Shown piece by piece: positions 15,570 through 31,115 of a DNA stretch of 64,000 nucleotides. The notes beneath the pieces are model-generated. The model made no database searches. It had not been told where the DNA came from and saw only the letters and a program-made list of their open reading frames with translations. How positions within the stretch are numbered: the stretch's first letter is position 1; the number at the start of each line of letters is the position of its first letter. Made by a program: the position numbers and the translations under genes. The DNA comes from the human T2T-CHM13v2.0 reference genome, Homo sapiens. Where the stretch lies: the NCBI RefSeq assembly GCF_009914755.1, contig NC_060927.1, one strand, 5' to 3'.

Positions 15570-16064
15570 TCACGGCAGGTGAAAGATGGCTGCATGCATA
15601 TTCTTTGACACTCTCCCATCAAGAGGCTGGGGCTAGGTCCTGTGCCCTTGAATCTAAGAGGGCTCTGTGACTGCTTGACAGAGTAAGAGGGAAGTGATGG
15701 TTTGCTAGTTTTCAGCGTCAGGCCTTAAGAAACTGGCAGCTTCCACTTCATATCTCTTGGAATGTTCTCTCTGGGAGCCCGGATCTTCCGCATAAGGAAG
15801 CTAACTTAGACTAAGGCTGTCATGCTATGAGAAAGGCCAAGCTAATCACACAAAAAGGCTGGGGATGGGGGAGGAAGGAAGATTGGAATGAGGGAAGGGG
15901 AAAAATGCTTGGTCAGTGAGGTCCAGAAATCATACAGCAATTGTAGGCCATCCGCTTTGTACCCTGTCTGAATTTCTGACTCAAAGAATCACCAGATATA
16001 ATAAGGTATTATTTTAAGCCACTAAGTTTGGGGGTAGTTTTATGCAGCAATCAGTAACGGATAC
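15570..16064 (+). mobile_element. Old MaLR LTR (MLT1G/H-like)
   Basis: ctctcccatcaagagg...ggccttaagaaactggcagcttccacttc...ttttaagccactaagtttggggtag. Confidence 0.75.
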
Positions 16065-16329
16065 AGGGATCTATAAATGCCCTTTTAGCCCTAACAACTC
16101 TGATTCTGTGATCTTCATGTGTGCCAGTGGTCCTCCAGCTCTTAGCCCATCCTCACTATGGCAGTCATATCCAAAAGATAGAAGGGCTAGGTGCATGCTT
16201 ATATTGGACTCTCATTGTCTGACTCTACAGAATCCATCTTCCCAGTGAACTTGAAACACAAGAAGCAAGTGGAGCAGAGGGGAGAGAATCTCTTTGAAAA
16301 CGCAGTGGGAGACAGAGCCAAGTAACGGA

Positions 16330-16450
16330 AAGAAACAAGGACTAGTGACATCATTTGACTCCTTTGATCAAGTCACCTCTAACCATGAACTTTTCACTGA
16401 CAGTTAATAAATTAATATTTTGCTTAAGCAAGTTTGTATTAAGTTTTTTT
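16330..16450 (+). mobile_element. MLT1K/L-like LTR 3' fragment
   Basis: gtgacatcatttgactcctttgatcaag...aataaattaatattttgcttaagcaagttt. Confidence 0.5.
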
Positions 16451-16949
16451 TTTTAATTTTGCTGCTGCTGACACCCCTGCTACTTAATGGAAAGAGGATT
16501 TTCACTTGCCCTTGATTTTTTCCGTTCCTAAATAATCAGTCATCAGTGGCAAAATAAGGAATCATCTTAAAGGGGGAAAAGACATATAGGCAAATTTTTC
16601 AATATACCGAGGCTCCATTTTGTGGTCCATAAAATGAAAAGGTTGGTCTGTGCTATGCCCAAGGAAGGATGGTCTCTAATATCCCTAGGATTCTGTAAGT
16701 GCAACTCTTTCATACAATTCACTGCCACATATAATCATGAAAAGTAAGATAACCCAACAGACTGACATTAATGGCTAGCTAAGCAAACTATCATACAAAG
16801 CACAGTGGGAAATGACGTAGCCAATGAAATGCTAAGTTTGGGGACTATGCTACTAACCGGAACTATGTCCATGAAATAATACATTAAGTAATTAGGTAGG
16901 CCACAGACTAGTTGTTAAAAGAAATATACAGCATTTAGTAATGAAATAA

Positions 16950-17200
16950 GAGGAAGAGGGTGGATCACTTGAGGTCAGGAGTTCGAGACCAGCCTGGCCA
17001 ACATGGTAAAACCCCATCTTTACTAAAAATACAAAAATTAGCTGGGCATGGTGGTGTGCCCCTGTAATCCCACTTACTCAGGAGGCTGAGTCAGAAGAAT
17101 TGCTTGAGCCCGGGAGGCAGAGACTGCAGTGAGCCAAGATGGAGCCACTGCACTCCAGCCTCGGCGACAGAGTGAGACTCCATGTCAAAAAAAAAAGAAA
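16950..17200 (+). mobile_element. AluSx-type, 5'-truncated
   Basis: Starts at gggtggatcacttgagg; tail runs into a purine repeat. Confidence 0.9.
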
Positions 17201-17315
17201 GGAAGGAAGGAAGGAAGGAGGGGAGGAGGGGAGGAGGGAAGGAGGGAAGGAGGGAAAAAGGGAAGGAGGGAAGGGAGGAAGGGAGGAAGGGAGGAAAGGA
17301 AGAAGGGAAGGAGAA
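17187..17315. repeat. GGAA/GGAG polypurine low-complexity tract
   Basis: About 130 nt of only A and G on the + strand. Confidence 0.92.
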
Positions 17316-18340
17316 GTGGAATAATGTGATAGGCTTGAGTAGTGGAGGAGACTGACACAGTGAATAAAACAATCCAAAACCTGAAAGCTGGCTCCAGCCG
17401 AGGCCTGATGATGTAACCATCCTGTCCCCAAATCACTGGAACAAACTCCAAGCACAACTATCCAGAGTCATGTAATATGTGTCTGACTCAACCCAGGCTC
17501 TAGTCACAGTTGGGTTTCCTGGCTTTCCCAAAGGAAAGTAAAAGCTTCCAATTACCCAGATTCTTACTGGCCTCTTGGTTCTGAAAACCCCCCTTTCTCC
17601 TCCCCATAAAAAGCCACTTGACCTCACCTTGCACTTGGGGCCATGGCCAGTTCTGCAGGAAGGAAGCATATCTGCCATCAATGAGCCTATTCCAGCCTGC
17701 ACAGGACACAGCAACAAGCCTGCCACTGACATTATCAATAATGAAAAACATCACTGCTCCTTGAGCAGCCATCAGCAGTCTATAACCTGCTGAGCTGAGC
17801 TAGGAAAGGTACTCAAACAGCAGGAAATAAGGGAGCTTCAGCCTTTAAATTATATTACAGCCATGCAGAGCAATTCCAAGAAAAAAAATAAACTGCATAT
17901 CAATAGTACTTGGATGGATGATGCTTAAGTGTGGAGCAAGATCCTGAGACTTATCAGAAAGCCTAGCTGAATGAATAAGGCTAATAATTATCATCATGAA
18001 ATAAATTACACAACCAAATACGGATGCTCTTGGCCCACGACTGCTTAGACACACAATAACCTCAAAAGCACACAATCAGGACTGCCCCTCTGTCTTTCCT
18101 AATCCACAGGGAGGACTTCTGTAACACGAATCCCTAACACGGGTCAGGAAACCTAGTCAGGATTCCTGACTGTGTCTCTCTAGCAAATGGCATCCTCTGA
18201 CCCTCAGCTTCTCATCTGTAAAAGGATTAAATAAGCCAGAAACATTTAAAGCCCAAGACTAGTGAGCACGACGAGTGAGCACATTGGATCTGATGGGCAT
18301 TTCTGTCATGCTTACCCTTGTTCTTAGAAATGCAAAGGCT

Positions 18341-18785
<445 letters not shown>

Positions 18786-19309
18786 TTATGACCCAACTGG
18801 GAATGGTTTCCTGTGGCTATTTTAATTCTATACCTCTCTCCTTCCAACCAATGTGAGGACAGTTGGTTATTACCACCCTCAGAGCAAATGTTGGATGCAA
18901 CTTCTCAACCACACATTGTTGTTGTCATCACAAATGTTATCTGAATTGTAACATGGGGATAAGGACGTCTGCTCTGCCAAGTTCAGAGGTTATTAAAAGG
19001 CCATCAATGGGGATCATGAACATGAAAGTTTCCACCTGTGAAGCTTCAACTCACACGGAACATGGGCATATTCACGAAGGCACGGACTGAGTCCATCTAT
19101 TCTCATAGAATCCACTTTCCACCCACCCCGCCCTTGTTGACAATCACCTGGCATGATGAAAAGTTACACATACTTGCAAACTGAGTGCACCCAGGCTTAC
19201 TAGAAAAGGAAGGATACTACCTTATGAAAAATGACGGTTATTTAGGGGTTGATGGACCTACTAAATATAGATTACTTATGCCAAAAATGTGGCCCTTGTA
19301 TATACTTCA

Positions 19310-19750
19310 ATTTTTCAGCAAATCTCTCTTGAGCATTTACTGTTTACCCGACACTGAGAGGGATACAGGGATACAGTAGAACACAGAATAACACAGAGTC
19401 TGTCCTCATGGAGATTATGTTCTATAAAGAAGAGCTGATATTGTATAACAACGAATAGACATTAGAGGTGCAGGTATGGGAATAAAACAAAAACCTAGCC
19501 TCGTTTGCAGAGTCAGGGAAGAAGGTCAAAGAATAAGGAAGGCAAAGCATGTTCCAAGGTCTGAAGCCAAGAGTGGTCAGGATAAAGGGCCTCAAAAAAA
19601 CTCAGAGCCAAGAGAATGAAGAGGGTGGAGGCCAAAGATGGGCTGTGGAGGTGGGGAGAAGCCAAACGGCCCTTAAAACAGGTTAACAGGGATGCTTTTT
19701 AACTATAGAGGGAAGTGACATGATGGGGATGACAGAGGGGAGTGACATGA
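19310..19750 (-). mobile_element. L2 fragment
   Basis: tttcagcaaatctctcttgagcatttactg...tgtcctcatggagattatgttcta is a reverse L2 3' end. Confidence 0.6.
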
Positions 19751-20226
19751 TGGGGACAACACTGTTTGCAGCAAGGGGGGTGAGGGGAAATTACTTGGAC
19801 TCTCCCGGGTGGTTCAAAAGGCCCTGCAGTAACTAGAAATGCCCTTGGGTACTGGATAGAGACATCACGTGGTGCTGAAACAGAAAAACCACCGGTGCAG
19901 TAGATGGAGGTAGAGCTGAACTAATCTTATGACATATCCTAAACATTTCACTCATTTTCTTTTATATAATCACAATCCAAGTTTGTCTCTCATAAAACTG
20001 AGGTGTGGAAATAATCCTTACCTAGCTTTCTGGCTGTTTGGATTTGGATAAAGAAAAGTTTACTCGTTTATTACTCAAAACCCCACCTGTTTCTAAAAAG
20101 GATTTGAGGTCGTTTACAATAAAAAAGGTAAACAGAGACCAACCAAATGTATCACAAGGTAAGGGAGCTCACTGTTTGCCTTCTGCACTAGCTCCCTAGG
20201 GTCTAAGGATCAAAAGTTGCAAAGCT

Positions 20227-20626
<400 letters not shown>

Positions 20627-21621
20627 TCAGGTTCTAGGTTTTCTCTGGGCTCATCTTTGGACAAGCCCCTCTCCCAGTCAGGACAGCAAAACATAACAAA
20701 ACAATAGAAAATTAATAACTCAAAAGCAGTGAGGTCCCCACCCTATGTCTTTAAAAACAGGGGCCCCAGACAAGGTTTCATTCACACACACATTAGGGGT
20801 GCCATTAGATCTTGACCTCTGTTCCCTTAGGAAGCTCAGCATAAGTGATTCATTAGCTCCCCAGTAGCTTAACCCAACAGATCCCAAATTTAGTGATACT
20901 CAGCAAAACACTAAACATAAAATTCACAAGTTTAGAAGACACCCCCCCCCACCAAGCAAGCAACTCAAAATGCTGTGTCCCCTGCCTATACACCCTTGTC
21001 CTCTACACCAATGGGCGTGGAGTCTGCTCATGTGCTGCCCTCCCCACTGTCTCCAAAATGAATCCATTACCTACCCCTGGCTCTATCTGCCTCCCTCCAA
21101 TTTGACAAGGGCTACAATAGAATGGTTGCTGTATGCACAATTACTATTAGTATGATTACATTAGAGTTAAGTGACGGTTAACAATACCCAAGTGTGTCAC
21201 TTCCTATATTCCAAGGAGCATTTCTAGAATGACAGTACTCGACTGTGGTCCCCTGGAAACTTCCCAGCTTCATCATAGCACACAAAGAGAGTGAAATTGT
21301 AATTTATAATATTTATGATACTAGGGTAAAGGGGATGAGGCTTCTCAGGACCGCAAGTAACCAGTTGCAGGAGGTCTCCACACCCATTCCACCTCTCTAC
21401 CTACATCCCATCCCTACGCCAAACTGAAAAGCTCTGCCTAAGGAACAAGTGAGTTCACCGCAACCTTCCCTTCATCCCACTCCTACCATTCAGCCCATTT
21501 CACCACTGGAGAAACCAAGCAGCCTCTGTTGGGCCCCTCTCTTGTTATCCCTCCTCTACCACTCTTTGACCGCTGTCCTCGTCTGGGAGCTGCACTCCCT
21601 GGAAACAGGAGACTCTCTTAG

Positions 21622-21902
<281 letters not shown>

Positions 21903-22029
21903 CCTTAGTGCATTTATTCTCTTCACTTTGGCATTGAGCACAGTGTTTTCCTAGCACACTGAAAGTACTTTTAAAAATGTCTGTTGATTCCCAATGGAAA
22001 TGAGTGGTAGTGTCTACTCAAAGACCAAA

Positions 22030-22205
22030 GACGGGTACAAGAGGAAGTGAATGGGAAAGGCATAAAGAAGCATCCAGGGGGTCTAGCAATTTCTCTCCAT
22101 AGACCTGGGTAGTAGTAGTTACACCAGTTTATACTGTGTAAAAACTTACTGGGCTGTACATAAAAATTTTGCCATTTACCATGCAAAAGTTGTACCTCAG
22201 TAAAA
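22030..22205 (+). mobile_element. L1ME-type 3' end fragment
   Basis: ctgggtagtagtagttacaccagtttatactgtgtaaaaactta...gttgtacctcagtaaaaa. Confidence 0.6.
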
Positions 22206-22539
22206 AAGAAGAAAAAGCATTTGTTGAATGAATGGCTGAACAAATGAATAAATGAGTCAGAACCATAGCTAGAATCAAGGTCCATTCTCCAAAGCTCTAT
22301 CACTAACAATGACTAGGATACATTACAAAACCTAAGCTGATACACTAATGAAACCTCACACTGTCTTATGTTTAAAAACAAATGCATCCACAAACATCAA
22401 AATTTACCTAAACGATGTCACTAATTCCCAGTTTCCCAATTCCAGCCCTATCCCCACCACTTACTTTATTATCCTGTATGTATAGTTGCTTATCCAGTGC
22501 TTCCTGTCAAAACGCCCTTAAAAATAACTTTATATGGAC

Positions 22540-23026
22540 TGTCTGTGCTGGATATCCTGTGTGCCCCTTCATATTCGCTTCCTCCCAGCTCCTTGCCCTG
22601 GAAAGCTGACCTCTATGGACTGCATGGAGACTCTATTGCTTGCTGGTTTCTAGTAGCGTCCAGCCAGTGGGGAGCACAGCAGAAAAACAGAGAAAGATTT
22701 GAGGAAGACAGGAACATAAGCTTGGAGCATTTATTCTCCTAACTCCTCTGCAAGGTCAGTTGGGATGGCTGCTTTCCTCAACCAGTCTCTCAAAGCATCC
22801 GTTCTACCAAATGATCCTCAGGGTTTCAGAAATCTCCCCCTCCCCTGGCTGTTAGGTCTAGGGGTGCTTTACAGTCACTGCACTGAAGACGCACCATCTA
22901 GGTGGTTTCCTTTCACCCTAACTACACCTTTGTAAACTGTCCCTATTAAAAAAAAAACAAAAAACTCTTCTATTTATCCTAATTTGGGTGTGCCACCTAT
23001 CTTCTACTGAGACCCCGACTGATACA
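22540..23026 (+). mobile_element. LTR33-like ERVL solo LTR
   Basis: gctgacctctatggactgcat...; ends gaccccgactgataca. Confidence 0.75.
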
Positions 23027-24089
23027 GTGTTTAACAAACGGAAAGCAGTTATGTTACATCCACAACATGGAAAGACCATGCTACACCATGTTTGCTGCCT
23101 CCATTACCATTTTTATTAGACATCATTTATTACTTATGTAATGTGTTGTGCATGCAGCCATTCCCCTACTCTCCAAATGTCAGCTTCCTGAGGACTGACA
23201 CTGCTGTAAACCCTAACATCCTTCAGATTACCTGGCATCTAGAAGATACTCTGCTGTTTGCTGCACGAATGGATGAATGGATGAATAAACGGCATGGTAA
23301 AATATATGGTGAAAGAAAACAGAAAAGAGAATGTAAACCAGGATTGCCACATGGATGCGTAGAGAAAAGGATGAAAAGAACATAAAGCTTGAATTTTTCT
23401 TGTTGTTGTTGTTGTTTTAGAAAGACTGTAGGTGGATTTTTTAATTTTAATTTTTCATTAAATTCGCTATGTTTATACAGCAATAATAATTTAAAAAGAA
23501 AATATTTTGTGTCCCTGAAATCTGGAATGAAATGGAAATGTAGCAAATATGCATTTATATATTTAATGGATGTACAAATGGAGTACTAAATTTTTTTAGA
23601 GACAATAACATGATTAAATATTAACACTTTCCCTCTGTACATAGCTATTAAAGAGTAATTAAGACTTTCCACAGTGTTAAGCAACCATTTGCCTAACAAA
23701 GTTGCCATAATCATGTTAAGACAGGGCAGGTGGAATCAAATGAGATTTATGGCCCCACATTTTTATTATCAGCAGTTCTTCCCAAGCAAGGGACGACATG
23801 GCTACATACACTCATTTCTACATGTTTTTTTAGAGGTTACTAAACCAACAATAGAAGTGGAAGTACTCCTAGACAGATGCTGAAGACGTAGGTACTTGTC
23901 CCAGATTAACCAGGATGTACCTATGTGCCCCTAAGCCAGTTACTCCACCTCTCTAGAGTCCTTTCCTCATGTGTAAATTAAAGGTCCCTTGCCAAACCAC
24001 AAATCCCCACAGTTCTGACACTTTTATGCTCACTACCTCTAGTGTTAAGACATCCAATGGCAATGGTAGAAAGTCAGTAAAATTCCTCG

Positions 24090-24985
24090 GATGCTCCCCC
24101 AGGCACTGCCAACTCAGCAGCCCCAGTGCCAAAACTCTATCTCATCCTGAAACTTGCTTCCTTTGGCTCTCTGTAGTCCTTTTCTGAGAATGACTCCACC
24201 ACCCGTTCTTGCACCCAAGACAGAAACATGGCTGTCATCTTGAATTTATTTCTGCCTTTGTCCTTACAACCCACATCAAAACAACTCTGCTCACTTTGCC
24301 TTCTAATTATCTCTAGAATCTGTCTAGTTTTCTCCATAATTGCTGCTCTTACTCCAGTTCAGGCTTCCTGGATTACTGCAACAATCCTTTCTCCTGGACT
24401 ATTGCAACACTTTCCTAACTGGTCTTCTTTGTTAGTCCATTCCACCGCTTCTCAACCTTGTAGCCACAGTGGTTGGTCTTCCAAAAGGGCATTTCACTTC
24501 CCCACTTAAAACGCTGCAATAGATGTTGCCCTTAGGATAGCGCCCTACATCCTGAGGCTGATGCTTTATGATCTAGCCCCTGTTCCCTCTCAATTCTTGC
24601 CACTTCCCTAGTTATACTAAGCTTCCTGTGGCTCCCCCAGGAGCCATGTTTTCCCTGGGTTCATGGCCTTTGAACATAATATGTTCTCTGGCTACAGTGC
24701 TCTTTCTTTCCCACTCCTTCCTCCCTTTTGGTCTGGCTACCTCCTACTACTGGTCCTTCGGGCTCCAGCTTTCTCTAAAAACTCCTCAGGGCTCCAAAGT
24801 AGGTTGGATGCTCTTCCTATGTGCTCCTGTGGCACCCGCTATTTAATACCCAGAATTCTAATAGTCCGCTGGTTGAGTGAAATGATGAGCCACCCTCTGC
24901 CCTCGAGTTTATTTCCAGATTCTAGAACAGCGCCTGAGTCCACAGTGAGTAATTAATACAGGCTTATGGGTGGAATGTATGAAAG
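24090..24985 (+). mobile_element. L2 3' region
   Basis: Pyrimidine-rich L2 pattern (gtcatcttga, cctggactattgcaacac, tagaacagcgcctg...gaatgtatgaa). Confidence 0.7.
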
Positions 24986-26015
24986 AGAAGGAGAGAAACA
25001 GGAAGAAAGGAACGGAAGAAAAACAATGGATTTCTAAGCAATCCCAAGACCCCGTACTACAACAGGATTTGTGTTAGCCAGGGCCTGAAGGATTCCACAG
25101 AAACCTTGGCTGAACACATACTTTCTTAGTTTATGTAACTTAAAAGATAGAAGAAATTCCTGGAGATTACCATCTCCTATGTTGTATTTAAACTGTATTA
25201 CCCTCTCAAATCATTCAAGATGATTCTGAGCTCATTAAAACAAACCAAAAACAAAAAAGTTCACATCTAGGTCATAATTTGAGGAAAATATGAAGTTGAA
25301 CTTCCAAATAATAAAATCTGACAATCATTTTGAGTGTTCAGAACCATTTCAAACTAGTTACCCTTCACCACACAGGTCATGCGTATCCTTTAACAATATC
25401 TGAATTTTTGTTCATGCCAGTCCTCTACCCTGAGCTCTGCCCATCGCGTCTATCAACTCATCCACAATGGCCTCCTTGGCCACCAGTGTCAGTGACTCTA
25501 CAGTCATCTCACTGTCCTCCCACAAGACCTCATCTAGAGGTTTTCCCATGGTGTACTGTATAATCATAATTATATATTTGACATATATACTGTACAACAT
25601 GTATCTGTAGTTACTCAGCTCAAGGAATCTAGCTCAAACTCCTATCCAACGTGTCTTTATGAATAAGTAATAGCTTAGTGACACCAAATTACTCAGATTG
25701 GGGCTGAGGATCTAGCAAACTCACATGCAAGTACTGCAGACTGATATATGTGCTCTGCGCATCTCTGTCTCCAGAAGTTGCCACGTCTAAATTCTGATGG
25801 GCATTTCTGTTGTCAGAACTTGAAAGGGCCAAAGATACAAGTAGTTAAAGATTTGGGGTTCCCAAATAAATCATTACCCTCCTTTCACATGAACCTGTTA
25901 TTGAAAAAGAAAAAAAAAAAAGAAAAAGAAACACTGAGAGGCAGCAACGGTGGGAGAAGCCATATACTAGGCAGGAACGGCCCGTACGAAACATCTTCAA
26001 ACAATTCCTCCTCTT

Positions 26016-26135
26016 TTTTTTTTTTTTTTTTTTGTTTTTTTTTGTTTTTGAGACGGAGTCTCGCTCTGTCGCCCAGGCTGGAGTGCAGTGGCGCAATCTC
26101 GGCTCACTGCAAGCTCCGCCTCGCGGGTTCACGCC
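26016..26135 (-). mobile_element. AluY, heavily 5'-truncated (86 bp plus tail)
   Basis: 2 mismatches to recalled AluY consensus over 26050-26135; TSD cctcctctt. Confidence 0.92.
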
Positions 26136-26585
26136 CTCCTCTTATCCTCACCTCAACACCCAAAAAAAAGGAGAGAGCGACAAAATGACTTCAAAAGGCT
26201 TGACTCCATGGTGTATTATCTACTTATGAGTTCTCTTCCCCCAGGCAAATTCAGTGGCAGGACTAAGTCATTTAAAAAGTGGACACAGATGAACGCCTTT
26301 ATAGACCTCTCTCCCCTTAGAGAGAAAATTGGAGAAGAAATAAAAAGCTTAGCAATTTCTATGGTATTAGGTTTTTGCCTATTACTTTCAATAGAATAAA
26401 GACTTATTCAGCAGCATCTTCTGGTCTAGTTTGCCCTTTCATGAAAAATTAACTTTTTTATAGCCCTAAAAAACATCCATTAAGCAAGTGAGGACTTTGA
26501 ATGTGTCAGCATTTCTATAAGCTAAGTCTTGCGGACCTGACTGTGAAGATCACAATTCTACTTTTCGGTCCTCGGCAACATGCTA

Positions 26586-26920
<335 letters not shown>

Positions 26921-27994
26921 GAATCACCATGCCAGCATAATTCTAAAGGAGCCCCCACCCTCCTCAAAAAGAAAAAGACAGCAAGAGGTGCTCAAGAAGC
27001 AGTGGTCAAACTTCTGCAGGCCTTCCCTATCTCCCTAAAATTCACACTGATTCTAAAATCCACACATCAGGGGCTGGCTAAGGCTCAAGGTTAAAAGCTC
27101 CAAATAAAACTGAGCTTTGTGGGCTAGAAGGAAAGCTCAAAAATCTCTTTCTCTGCCTCCAGCGGTACTTTATAATAAAGAGAAGAGATTCCGAGGGACC
27201 AGACAGCACCTGTGGCTCTCTTTCCACTGATGTCACCAGCACCAGAGCTGGGCAGCACACACAGCCTTGAAGTGAAGAGTGAAGGTCTCCAAGGGGACTC
27301 TGAGAGACAGAGAGGCAGGGTCCACCAATACTCCCCAGCATTAACCACGGGCACAAAGCATTTGAGCAAATGCGGTGACTAAAACAAACGCCCGCTGGGC
27401 CTCAAGGCCTGAACTGCGTCCTTCATACTCCCATCTCCACATTCCTTTCTAGGTGATTAGTGAGATTACGATTTCCCCTGGAAATTAAAAAGTGATTGGA
27501 GAGGCTGTACACAGAGGGCTTCACAGAAGACACCATTAAGTGGCAGGTTGGAAGCAGGGAGGGGCAGAGAAGGGGGTATCCGTTGGAGGCCAAAGAAGAA
27601 AAATCTCTCTTAATCAACTTTTAGGCAGAAGCTTTCAACTGTTCTAGAGAAATTTCTCCCAAAGCAGATAAATCTTTCATTGATTAATGTCATAAACAAT
27701 TAAAATGGATTTTTATTGCAGAGAATACCCATAGCGAGAAAATCTTTTAAGCTTTCCCTTAAAACCACAAAGCAGTCAGCTTCAGCACCTTGCCCAAGGC
27801 CAAATTCCTCAAATGCCAAACCTCTGACAAGGAGTAGACAAGGAGAGGATGAGCTCACTCTGAGAAGAGGAATGGACTGGCAGATCCTCAGCTCCCCAGG
27901 ATTCTACCAGCTCCCAGGACTACTCCAGCAAGAGAAATGGCAGGATTTCTTGCCTCACCAGTGGCTACTAAACCACTTCAGAAACAAACAATAA

Positions 27995-28677
<683 letters not shown>

Positions 28678-30064
28678 TCCACCTGTTCCAAAGACATAAC
28701 CTGTCTTTAGATTTACAGTGAAGTTTAAGAAGATTAAAAGTTTAAGTTATGTTACTGGGAATTTACTAATATGAATAAAATATAAACCAATAGGAAATAT
28801 TTTCATTAGTGCTTAAGATGACAATCATTTTTCAGATTATAGAAAAATCAATTGCAAGAAAATTTTGCTCTTCCCACTTACTGAAAATTATAAAGAATCT
28901 ACACACAAACATATATATTTATATACACATCTATATATAAATACATATAGATGTATGTATTTATATAGAAGATGATCTGGATGTTCCAAAAATTGTTCAC
29001 AGTAATTATCTCTAGGTGCTATGATTTCAGAAAGATTTTGCTTTCATCTTAATATCCTTCAGTATTAATTGCATTTTTTGGTAGCAAGTTATCTTTGTAA
29101 ACAGAAACAAAGATATAAACTTAAAACAAAAGCATCCTTTATCCCCTCTGGAGGACTTCTATATCCCACCCATGAATCCAGCTGAGAACCACCATTATGG
29201 AGGAAGGACCCCAAAACTAGACAAAAGTCTTGGACCCAACAGTGAATCACCAGGAGGACATAGGCTAATGACTGACTGGTTGCTCTGTAGCTCTGTTTCT
29301 GGGGCAGGGGAAACTAGAAGATCTCTGTGGCTCCTTCCAGCTCGATGTTTTATGGTTCTAAAACAAATGTCAGCCACCTTCCCTCCCCATTATTTTTGGT
29401 AATGAGAAGCTAAATTTAACTGACACACACACAAAATACCCTAAACGTATAGCTTTGCTGTAAGAAAACTGTACTGACCGCTACGAAGTTTGAGCTGTCT
29501 ACCAGTTACCACAACCCTTCTGGGGAAAGAGCACCCTCGCTGGCAGGTGTTTGTCTCAGAAGCTGCAGAAGCTTATGTCACAAACTGGCCAAACCAAGAG
29601 AAATAAGCTATTCGGTACCTGTGGAGGCCAAGAAAGGAAGGCTTCTGGAGAAACCTGGCGGCACTGGCCAAAGAGGGCCCATCAGGTCAGATGGCTAACA
29701 CAAAATTCCTGTGAAATTGTATCACTAGGGAGCTATAAATGCCACATGAGCAAAACGAAGCGGCATCAATGTTTATCTGTTCTTGTCCCCAAAAGTATTG
29801 AACTCTGGTTGTCATTCTCTGTGATATTTGCATTTTATCCCAGTCTTATAAACATTGGGATCCAAAGGAACTGTGAACCAAAAAGGATGATTCCTCTTGC
29901 TTATCCCACAAAAGAACATTTCCTAAAGGGAACTCTTGCCTGGCTACTTCCTTTATAGGACGGAATAGCCTCTGAACTCCTTGAGGGCAAGGGTCGTCTG
30001 TCTCATTCAGTTATGTATGTCTAATGCCTAACCTAAGACTTGGCACAAAACTGACATTTAGTAA

Positions 30065-30305
<241 letters not shown>

Positions 30306-30670
30306 ACATTATTAAACAAAATGGCCAAATGAATGAACGTATATGCTCCTTTGCTAAAGGCAGTGACACTAAGGATAAGACAAAACACTATGCAACACTT
30401 GGAAATAAGGCAAAAGGAAGGCAGCATGTCCTTTCAATGCCATACTGGTGTACTGTCTCATAGGTGCACCCAAGGGTCATCTGATTCTCTAGGAGATGAT
30501 GTACCTGTGTTTCACTGACTGTTTACCATTGGTTATGGTTCAGACTTTATGAAGTTACATGTTAACTGAGATTTTTATCCATTTTAGATGTATATAATTT
30601 CTCTGCCTGGTAGAACTAAGATCCCCAGATGTGATTGGTTTACTGCCCTACAGGACATCAACCAGTTTCC

Positions 30671-31115
<445 letters not shown>

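Noticed and set aside
17078-17457. Pro/Ser-rich and Gly/Glu/Arg-rich ORFs
   Set aside because: Translations of the GGAA/GGAG low-complexity tract plus Alu.
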